From the NCBI GenBank assembly GCA_002633005.1, contig NMRA01000363.1, positions 1-64,000 on the forward strand: 64,000 nt of DNA. Direction: 5' to 3'. The position numbers were made by a program, and so were the translations under genes. This document shows, in pieces, positions 53,634 to 64,000 of the stretch. Origin of the DNA: Phoronis australis (lineage: Eukaryota; Animalia; Phoronida). Under the pieces are notes generated by a model, which ran no database searches, was not told the DNA's origin, and worked only from the letters and a program-made list of their open reading frames with translations. Position 1 is the first letter of the stretch; each line of letters begins with the position of its first letter.

Positions 53634-54719
53634 CAGCCCCCCAATCACGTGGCTGGGGAATTGTGGGATTGCGAACGCTCTCTTACATGTACGTTTGGTC
53701 CTGCTAACGAAAGGACTTGTTCCACTGTTCTTCCGAAGATCTTAATAAATACTAGGCCAACTTGTAGGATGACTTCAAGTAAGAGCACACAAAAAGCTGT
53801 GTACCAGTTCACATAATATTTGGCGACGTTGACAGAATAGTTCATTTTTCTGTGTAGTATATTTCACTAGTTCGCAGTATGCTTCTCTGCTTGCAATTGT
53901 TAAAGTTTTTTACGATAAGTAAATTGTAATCAGTATTTTCATAGTTCATAGTATCTCTAGTCAAATTCTTTTGTTAGGAATTTAGTTTTTATTGTAAATC
54001 CGGTCACATGGGTTTTAGTTATTTTTCTAGTTTCTGTTCTTACACTCACTTAATACATGTACTTTTCAGTGTAGTTTTGTGTTGCTGTACTAATTCACTT
54101 GTTTCTAACATTTGCTTAGTTAACTGGTGGGGAGTAAAGTTATCATTTTTCATCAATGTTTTTAGTCATTAATTTTCGTCTATCTTTATGTCATTTTTAT
54201 TATCATATTCATTGCTATTTTTGGAGCGGAGGAGTGTTGGGAACGTAGTTAGGGGGTTTGTGTGGTCTCGTCTTTGGTGTGTTATGTTTGTGTACGTCCG
54301 TCAGTCTTCGTAAGTGGACCGGATATTATTGTTATTAGTGCAATCACGTAACTGGGAAATTGTGGGATTGTGAACGCTCTTTTACATGGCATTGGCAGTA
54401 TGTGTTCCGCTGTTCTTCTGGAGTTGAAGACTTGGCCGGCCTCCATGTATGAATGGTTCAGGCGAGATTGCCCGAGAACCTCTGTGTTAGCCAAAAAAAA
54501 TTCCTTATACAACTGACAGTGAAAATCTTCATGGGGAGCGATTCCACACTTAGTTTCCGGCCTGTAATCAGGCATGCATTCCGTAGACGCGAGGATCTCG
54601 TGAAAACGCGAGATTTCGCAAGATATTGCCATATGCATTGTTAATGAAGCACGTGACCACACTAGCTTTACTCGCAAGGTTCGCGCGTCTACGGAATTCA
54701 ACCTAAGATCAGAACTTAA

Positions 54720-55990
54720 AGAGTTCCCACCATGACCCTGTGTCTCAAAAAGGAATTTTATTATTACATCTTAACAGATTTAATAGCCTTTAGTACACCT
54801 GTTGCTACGAAACAATCTAAAAATATTAAAAAAATATTTTTCTGTTATCGAGTTTGTACGCAATGGGTGGAAGACCGCCTCAGCCGTTGTTGTTTTATCA
54901 GTGCGATACCGAGGAGTTGTGAAGAAAGTCCGCGTGGAACCGTCTTTTTCAGACATGAAAAGGTGCGTTTGTGGAAACTGTGGTAACAACAACTTGACTG
55001 TGAACGTCTTAGTGTTCAAATTTCCTAAATACGTGAAAGTTGCACAAAAATGGCATCGGTTTGTCATGGGCGGCGCACCATAGGGGCCTAGGGTAGGGCT
55101 ATAGCCCCCCACTTTTTCAGGGCTAAACCGCCCATGGTCTATAGGCGGTGCAACACTTTTTTCAGTGCTGCGCCACCCATGATTGTGCGCCGAACAAGAG
55201 TGTGGAGTGTCAGTGTGGAACATGAGATTCAGTTTGGCGTAAGCCACACTTTGATCGGCACATTTCAAAGAATCGTGTTTCGACCACACACATAAGCGGC
55301 GTTACAATGAAGGACTCACCACCAAGTAAGTGCATTTGCAAATTTGGTAGACAACAAACAAACTGCTTCCATTCTAGGGCGAGTGATGCCAGGTCCTGGA
55401 CCCCGGCCCAGATCGAGTGCTACTACAAGTAGGCTTATGCATATTGTGTTTAGACTGCGCTCATTCCATCACGGCAATAGTGAATACGAGTAACCCAGGT
55501 TGGCTGTGGCTTTTGTCAGTAATTATTAAGAGTCTATTTTGTGAGTAGTGACCACCACTTGGTAGAGTTGGTTGTGGCTCACATATGTCATTTCTCGTGC
55601 AAGTGGGTCGAGTTCATACGGCATGAAACCCGACAAAAGTTCGCTAAATGGGAAATCGAATTCATTGTCCGATTCTTCAAGTACTTGAGTATAAGTGCCC
55701 GTATCCACTCTCCTGTCGGACTGCATAATAATTGTCCAATTCTCGCCTAATATTGTCATTGTCTTCTGACCTGCAGTGTTCCGACAATGCAAATGATTGT
55801 CAAGCGGCCAACCATCTTCCACCCATTGCATCATTTGGCGGGAAACTTAGAAATAAGTAATTTTTCTTCAAAATTAAAGAAGTTGCCAATATTTGGCATA
55901 AAAGTGCCTATTTAGCAAGATTTTATGGCATTCGATTCATATTAGCTAACTGAAACCTGAAAAAGTAAGAAAATGCATGGTGGGAACTCT
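54720..55990 (+). mobile_element. Internally deleted Kolobok DNA transposon (THAP on +, convergent second ORF 5' end on -)
   Basis: Perfect 15-bp TIR agagttcccaccatg/catggtgggaactct and TTAA TSD (54716-19, 55991-94). THAP: MKRCVCGNCGN...FKFPK..KVAQKWHRFV|RRTRVW...SAHFKESCFD. Minus ORF contains LEESDNEFD...FMPYELDP. Confidence 0.9.
55065..55181. mobile_element. 117-bp hAT-like MITE inserted in the Kolobok THAP coding region
   Basis: catgggcggcgca ... tgcgccacccatg; flanks tttgt / attgt; absent from the paralog at 5428-6374. Confidence 0.85.
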
Positions 55991-56477
55991 TTAACGGTGT
56001 GCATGCAGCACGAGCCGCGAGTGTGTGATGACGATTTCCGCAACATCGCAGATCGCGTGCACTCAGAACACACACGGTCAATGATCTACATGTATAGTCT
56101 ATGAACAATTCTAATTCAGTTGACCTAGAAGAGTTCTGAGTGTGATCATTAACCGCTGGGCGATTGTCGTCAAAGGGACATTATCGGCATGATAAATGAT
56201 CTTCTAAAATGAGCTTCTGCGAATCCAACCTTTAACCCCCGCAGTCGCACTCAAACTCTCTGCTGGCAGAGCTAAATAACACCCGATAAATGGCAGACTA
56301 TTTTTAAGCGTGTTTATCTGGTAAAGCCATCGGTCTTGACTGTGTGAATTGGCGATTTGAAATCGAGAAAAAACATGACGAGATTATTTACGGGTTATCT
56401 ACCGTGGCCCAAAGATGACATCACTCGTTTCTTTTTTAATAATCTCTTAGGATCTCGAGATCACGACTTTTTCTTAA

Positions 56478-59400
56478 AAGAATGATTCCATATAAAAACC
56501 ATATGAAAATGAAAAATCACTATATACTCAAAAATTCATACAGAGCTAATATTTTGTGCATGTGTTGGGATGCTGGCCCAAAGTAGACTGCTGCAATATT
56601 TGCACTCAATGACCTTTGGTTACCGAGATATGACCTATTTGGCTATCAAAGCATATTTTTCATTTTTTCATGTCAGTAAAACTGCACTTTTGGAACGGCA
56701 AAAGGTCAAACTTGGAAAACTGGTGACAAATTTTGATATTGATGTTCATAAAGACTCATGTAAGGTTAGTAAAAAAATGAAATTTGAAACTCATAGGTAT
56801 ATTTAAATTTCCAGCAGGGGTGAAAACTCCGAGACCACTTTTCAGGCCAGTCACAGGTGGCAAGATGTTGTTTAACCTGCCTGCTATATCGGAATATATT
56901 TGAAGATGAAATTCTCTGTGTAGACACTTCTAAGAGTGATCTTTGATAACTGCTTTATAAAATTTGTCTCTTATATATTTAGTGCTAAAAACGTGGCCCT
57001 CGAATTTGGGCATTTTTGTGATGTGGCCTTACTCTGACTGACAAGAGAATTGAGGCTATTCTTTTAGTTCAGAGATATCACCTGAAATATATGATCTAAT
57101 AACAACAATGCAATATCACAAAATTTTTAGTTTCACTTTTGAGACCCCAGTTTTCTGAAACACTCTGTTTAACTTTACCAATAGACCTTTAGGTTTCGAA
57201 ATTACATGCACTTCCTGTCACTGCAAAGAATAGGTAGGAATTTCCTTCTTGCACATTTGGTCAATTTTCATTACTAAAGTGGGATCGCGGAGGAAATGTG
57301 GCCTTCATTAGCTGTGTTAAAGACGTCAGAAGTCATCTGAGGTCGTGCAAATTGCCACAGAAGTTTGAAAGTATATCGGAATTACAGTTGATTCTTGAAA
57401 GAGCTGGAGAGAGAGGAGGCTGGACTGGCAAACCAATGGAAATGCGCCATTATATGTTTTACACAGGCGTTGACTTTCGCATGTCGCAAAAGATTTTTCG
57501 CCAGTTTGATTTGTTAGTCCCTCTTGGTGCAAGGAAGATATTAGTAGCAATTTCTAATACGTTACTTCATATTGACAACTGTGAACCATTTTTATTCAAA
57601 TGGTTCAAAGGTGAGATCCATATTTATACCGAAAGACCACGAAAAAGTATGTACCATACTTGTACAAAAGGTGACCCATCTTTATACACATTTTTAGTAC
57701 ATATGACTTGTGAGAGCTGGTGAAATCGTCACCAAATTTACCATTCCACTAGTCTGCTCGGGTTGACTTTGAAACTTATGCCAGAGCAATGATGGCGACC
57801 ATCCCTGAGGTGATTGCTTGCGTAATTTGTAAAAATATTTACGTCAAAATAATTTTTAAGTATGGAAAGAAGCTCCGCTCATGATTATACCTCACGACTC
57901 AAAAATTGACAATACAGTTCACTTCCCTTTATAATTGTAATGGCAGTTGATCATAATTTTTCACTTATTCAGTACTTTTTGCCATGCAGTCATCTCTGAC
58001 TTGTCGGGCAACTGTATTCAGATGTGCACCTCACCAGTTTCTGAATGGAACACGGATTTTTATGAGCCCATATGACAGATGACGACAAATTTCGGATGGA
58101 TCCAACAATTGGTGTGCTCCCTAGTGGCAATCCTAGTTTTATACATTTATGTCTTTATCTTCAAAGCTCCTCAACGGATTTTCATGAAATTTGGTACATA
58201 ACCATCTATTAGGGAGATAGCGTTATTCTCCCATTTTCGGATGTATTTGAGGTATTTTGTTCCACCCAGTGCCCCTCTATCAAAGAAACCATCCATAAAA
58301 TGATTGTGGAAATTGGCATACATGTTCTTAGTGTAAAGAGAACGGTTGACGATAACCTTCTGACGACTTTGACTACTTTGGCTCCTCTTAGTGGCAGTTT
58401 TGTTTTTTGTAGCGCATATGACTGTTTCTACTAAACCCATTGCAGGATCTATATTAAATTAAGCAAGTGTATTTATATGAAGTTGACAGCGGACGACGAC
58501 GACTTTCAGACGGATCCAACAAACGCTGTGCCCCCTAGTGGCAATTTTATTTTTTTCGTTTTCCCCTGTTTCTCTGAAATTCCTTGATGGATTTTTATGA
58601 AATTTGGTAAACAGCTGTCTATCACAGAAACGGCGTTTTTGGACGATTTGACATATTTTACGCCATATAAGGGCCATTTTTATTGTTTCCTAGTCTGTTT
58701 TTGGCGTCCGCCTCTCTGCCAACCAAATCACTCTAAGCATAATTTTGAAAATTAGCACATATGTTCTTAGTGTGAAGAGGACGGTTGATGATTTTCCAAC
58801 GACATCGACCCCTGTGGCGCCTCCTAGTGTATTTATGTGAAGTTAACAACGGACGACGATGACTTTCCAATCAATCTGTGCCCCCTAGTGGCAATTTCAT
58901 TTTTTTTGTTTTCCAATTTTACTTCTAAGTTCCTTGACGGACTTTTATTAGATTTGGTAAATAGCTTTCCATTAAAGAAACAATGACATGTTCCGTTTTG
59001 GGATGGATTCGACGTATTTTGCGGTTTTTTTGAAGTGTTATGTGGAAATGCATCATACACTAAACCAAGCATACCTTGAAAAAACTGTGGTTTTGAGTCC
59101 GCCGCATGAACGGAATTTACATATTGTGAAACTTTTACCTGGTAAGTCGCAACAACACCCAATTGTTTAAATACTGGTTTGGAAAGCCGGTAACTTGGAC
59201 ATCACTGAAAATATTATGTTTTCAATCGTAAATATCTTCACCTGTTATTCTTCTGAAAGCGCAAATTCCATTGGCGCACTGCCATTATGTTCGGCCACCT
59301 TTGTAGTATACGAAGCATTGCGTGACCCTTTGTATTTCCAGTAACACGACACATCTGCTCGTATCCACCGTCCTCTTTTCACTTGTGATTTCGAAGATCT

Positions 59401-60432
59401 TGATTAGTTTTAGTATGAACTTTGCTAATAGTTTGAGAGGACTTTTTCAAGCGCATATACAGGGACCTGTCCAAGAGGTCTGAAAATGGACCAGCATGCA
59501 CTGCAGGCAGTGCGTGGGATTTTTAGTCCATTACGGTTTTCAAAAACTGACCAAGCAAGGGGGAATGGGAACCCTTAGTAAAAATAAAACCTGCTTCTCT
59601 GAAGCATGAGATGGTGAAGGGGGTTGTATTATTAACTCATCAGTACATTAAATTTGACTTTTTTGAGTTCTGTAATCCTATTATAGATTTTTATTTTTGC
59701 ACCAGCAAAACTGAAAATCCGCGAAAAAAAAATCTCTCATACAGCTTCCCATGATCTCCTTCGTCACTGATGTAGCAAAACGAATGATATTTGTTCTATT
59801 TGGCATCTTGGTCGATAGATAATTGCACAATCGAGTAGCGCCTCCTAGAATCTTTCAATCTAACTGACAGTCATAGAATGGCAGAAAAGTGTGTAAGTGA
59901 GTTATGTAAAAAACTGACTGCACAAAAACTATGAAAGACACAAGATCTTTTATACTTGCGTTGGGCTGAACAAAGACACCAGTAACAAATGGAAGTTAAC
60001 TCATGTTCCAAAAGAATTCGATATAGATTTGGGAGAGCGATAGAAATGCGTAAAAACGACCTTAATAATAAGCAGTGAAAATGACATTTTTGTAGGCTAA
60101 AATGAGAGGACACAAAAAATCAATAAATCCATCCGAACCAATTTTTCTTGAATGCTATTCTTTCTTCTTTCTGCTATATAGTTATTTTTTCAATAGCGTG
60201 AAGTAATGATGTGTTGTTGCTAACAAAAATGTCACCTACTTCCCAGTACTTTTATTTGTTATTTTTCAGAAAAAGTACAAAGTGTTTGTAAAAAGAATTA
60301 AAAAACACAGAAACTCTTAAAAAATCAGGTTCAGGTTTCTTTTGACAAGGCCAGCTGATGTGCTAAGTTTCAAACAAATTCTGGTGATTTTGCATATATA
60401 GCCCACCATCTGGTTTTAATATGGAATTGCTC
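56478..60432 (+). mobile_element. Deleted Sola3-like DNA transposon nested in the IS3EU element
   Basis: TTAA flanks, TIR of about 25 bp (attccatataaaaacca / tggttttaatatggaattgctc, GAG..CTC type). ORF 57298-57723 (SCVKDVRSHL...SELQLILERAG...GVDFRMSQKIF...LVPLGA) resembles Sola3-type transposase N-termini from memory. Confidence 0.6.
58057..59000. repeat. Tandem array of diverged units of about 360-440 bp (Helitron/Helentron-type non-autonomous repeat), each carrying CTCF-like motifs
   Basis: Recurrent gacgacgac...gtgccccctagtggcaa...ggattttcatgaaatttggta and catatgttcttagtgt.aagag.acggttga blocks. Confidence 0.75.
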
Positions 60433-63400
60433 TTAATTATCTCAGGATCTCGAGATCCCGACTTAATTATCTCTGAACCTCAAGATCTCGCGATCCTGAG
60501 ATTAAAAGTCGGGATCTCGAGATCATGAGATTATTAAAAAAGATACGCGCGATGTTATCTTCGGGCCACCGTAGTTATCCCCAAAGCCTTCTGTAAATTA
60601 AAACACTTTCGCTCTACCTATTGACCCTGTCTCCTGCATGGGGAGATCCCTAAACTAATGATGTGAAAACGTAATCAGCAGTCTGCAAATCTTGCGGACG
60701 CCAATTAAATTGTTGTGGTTTTGACTATTTTGAAAAAACAGAGATGCTTTTTTGCTCTAAAGCATCGTGAAGGCCATTTTCTGGAAATTTTAGTTTTAAG
60801 ACTTTTGTAAATTAGGCCCGAGTTGTTTAACACTGTTTATAACCTGATAAGACCTCGCTTAATCAAGCCACGCCAACTCTAACATTTACAGTATAGATCA
60901 GCCTTGAACACCTGAGGCTTGTGATATGGTATCATACCTATTGCATTACCCCGGGGAAAAAGGACCGATTCCTTTTGAAATGTGACACTGTGTAAAAGTT
61001 CTAACTGTACTGAAGACTTTTTCTAATGCACGACGGATTTCATTGTTTTTGTAGCTCTGGCGAATGTTAATTACTTTAATAATCTATGCCATCAAACAAT
61101 CATCCCAATAAAGTTTTTGTCAGCCGTAAAAATGATGGCATTTAATCTACTGCGCAGCAGGCTCGACGTCAAAATAAGTCACTGTTTTAATATGAATGGA
61201 AGTTGGGACGTATCATGGTTAACCCGAAGTCTCGTTTAAACTACTTGTCTTTAATTTCAGACAAGGGCTTGGTCACTTATACATCAGACTTACGCTATTT
61301 CATTACTTATTTAGCGCACAATGTGGCCGACAAGGGACATTTTGTTCAGTTAAATTTTCAACAGAGTAACAGATTAAGAAAAGTAGCCATTTTGGCAATT
61401 ATTTTTATACGAAATACCTGTATAGTTTCGTTACAAATAAAAACTTACTTTTGATTTGCATATTGGGCAAGAATCACGTTTTAATCTTCGTTATTTAAAT
61501 ATTAAGAATTTACTTTCTACTTTTAGTTAGAAACTTCATAAAACATTTAGCGCAATCTACTTGTAATTTAATTAAATCATATTCCCAAATAATATTTTTC
61601 AAATTCAAATATTTTTTCACAATACACATAATTTTATATCCAAGTATTATGTTTAATTTTAATATATGTATATGGTCACGAACAAACACCGCCAGAGTTG
61701 AATGACTCTGAATTTCGCTTTTGAAGGCCTGTGAAAAAATAATACTATAAAAGAGTTACATGTATATATACGCTATAATTCCTATTTTACCGATGTCATT
61801 CGATCGGTGAGAATCATGCTGTGTTCTTTTTTGAACTTTAAAAAAACAAAAATAACGCTGAACTTGAAACTACACGTAAATAAGATATCATTTTTTAAAA
61901 CAATGGATTTTGCAGTGTATATTTCTCATTATTCATTTTTACAAATTTAAACTTGTGCACTTGTCATTTTTAGATTCTTGCAATATTCTTTCGTATTGAT
62001 AATTGGCAAGTCACTGCGCAAACCCGGACTGCGAGTCAGTGTGAAAGTCCAACACCGCGCGAGATCACTTGTCAATAATGGCTGTTTTCACATGTTCAGC
62101 TAACATCTGAGTACCTGTGGCAGGTGGCATTTCAAAGTTTTGGGGTCCCTATTTGATAGGTACTCTCGTTAAAGCGACACTAAACCCACGCTGTCTGTCA
62201 AAAATACAATGTCTCGTCACTTACCGTTATAAAATGGGACTTTTATTGTTCCTCACTTAATTTAGTAGCGATCTGTTGGTTCGGGCGAACTTAGAGTTTG
62301 TTAGTTCTTCATACCAATCTCGTAAGATTTCAGGTCACATCTTCAGGTCTAGTCCTGGAGTAACTTCCAATTTGATTTAAGAACAATTGGAAACCAATTC
62401 CAACTGAAATCATAACTCGTTTTTGACAGAAAGCTAGCCTAAGGGTTATGTGAAACTTGCAGGCTAATTCATTATTTCTGTGAGTGCCTGGCCAAACTCG
62501 TAAGAAACACAAAATATAGCGATGATGTGAATATGAAGTAGGATGAACATTGTCAAATGTTTTTAAGAACGAGTTTTGTGGCGAAAATTGTTCGCCGCAA
62601 ATCACTGAACGGTATCCAGTATGTATCGTGACGTGGTGATGCGGGCTATGTGACATAGCGGAGTTGCAGCACACATGTAGTCTGGAAAATGCAAAGACAT
62701 GATATTTAATGACGCTTCAACCAACTTATTATTTAATCTTTTAAATTGTTTCTTCGATTAAGTAAAAGACTAGATTAACGTATTTATTTGGCTGTTCATT
62801 GCAGTGCTAGGGATTAGTATGCTAATTTTGTTTATCAGGCTTTATCGAAAATTCCTATTCTGAAGAACAAACACCTGACGTCAGTTATGGTGCAGTGAAG
62901 GGCATGACACTGGTTAAGCTCTGTTTCTCGATTTTAATTATTTCTGCGATAGCGTATCAGCCGACGGAGTTTAATAATCACACGCCCGGTGTGCTTTACA
63001 TGTATATCTCCCGGAATCCCGCGGAATTTAACCTCTCTATCAAATTAATAACTAATCCCGGGCCAAACACTGTCATCACGTCTCCCAATCCGTTAAAGCT
63101 GACCTATTGAAAACGTGGTGGTAATTGTTTGGCTTGACGTTTTTTTGTTCATATCGGTCTCCATATGAGGTGAGCGCGAATGGAGCACAGCTGAGAGTCT
63201 CCTGCGTGGAGAGTACTTTACAAACTTGGAATTGATTTGGAAGGTAAATACTTATTTTTAAAATGATTTGATGTATTCTTTGCAGGAATTTCGAGGGTGT
63301 TGTAAACAAGCATCGTTGCTCATAAATTTCAAATTTGTAGTATGGGGAAATTTTGGAATAATTTAACAATAAGCTTACGCGTGCTTCATTTCAGGGAAAA

Positions 63401-64000
63401 TTTAATATAGGGGGCGTTGTTTTAATATATTAGAGGCGAATGAATAGATAAACATAAAGGAATGGCGCATGGAACGTAAAATCTTTTGGATGTATCCTTT
63501 GGAATGAAAAGAATCGCATGCCGGGAGTGCTCATACTTTGGTCACTGCTGTCTGTTTGATATTAACGATGAGAAAAATAAAAATGCTCGAAAAGATAACT
63601 TCAAGCATAGACAAATTCATTTACAGGACCTACGTGCAAAAAATCGAAACAACGGTTAATGGCTATAGCGTTGTAATGACTTAGAGCCAGCGCAGACGCA
63701 GAGCTACTAGGTGAGCTGACTGCCTCATGGTGGTCTTGTTTTCACACCTTGGCGTGTGTTGTTAACTTTCACTTGAGGCGCTCTGTAGTGATCCTTAGAT
63801 AAATGGTTTACCAATAATGACTGCATGATTAAAAAATGTTTGACACTAACTACGCACGGTTGTGATGGCAACAGCGTCTGATTGCGTGGCGTTGAAAAAT
63901 TCACACTTACGTTTCAACCCGATGAAGGGAAACACGGTGCGCTTAAAGAGGCCTGGAACGTGATAAACAGACTAAATTGCAATATTGAAAGTGATACTCT

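Larger units (their letters stand above)
56400..60573. mobile_element. IS3EU-type non-autonomous element (about 215 bp of its own sequence) split by a nested insertion
   Basis: TAC..GTA termini, imperfect TIR of about 70 bp (taccgtggcccaaagatgacatc / gatgttatcttcgggccaccgta), perfect 6-bp TSD GTTATC. Confidence 0.8.

Noticed and set aside
62895-63110. ORF with a signal-peptide-like start (MTLVKLCFSILIISAIA)
   Set aside because: Short, no recognisable domain, and contains the non-coding TACATGTA motif.

Overview
AT-rich, repeat-dense animal genomic DNA with spliceosomal introns, probably from a marine invertebrate (lophotrochozoan-like; this is inferred). Two intron-containing genes can be rebuilt completely on the minus strand. 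(1) A 6-exon, 352-aa zinc-dependent MDR alcohol dehydrogenase (1495-10817) whose motifs closely match the bacterial 'phosphonate catabolism-associated' HpnZ/TM0436-like family. (2) A 417-aa synaptotagmin-4/11 with 4 coding exons (16271-47113), plus a candidate 32-nt alternative start microexon. The rest is intron or intergenic sequence full of transposon relics: two internally deleted Kolobok elements (TTAA TSD, THAP ORF plus a convergent second ORF), a triple-nested IS3EU > Sola3-like > tandem array carrying CTCF motifs, CR1 and RTE-X LINE fragments, many Harbinger-like and hAT-like MITEs, and microsatellites. The palindrome TACATGTA is strongly over-represented. Two local duplications next to N characters are probably assembly artefacts.
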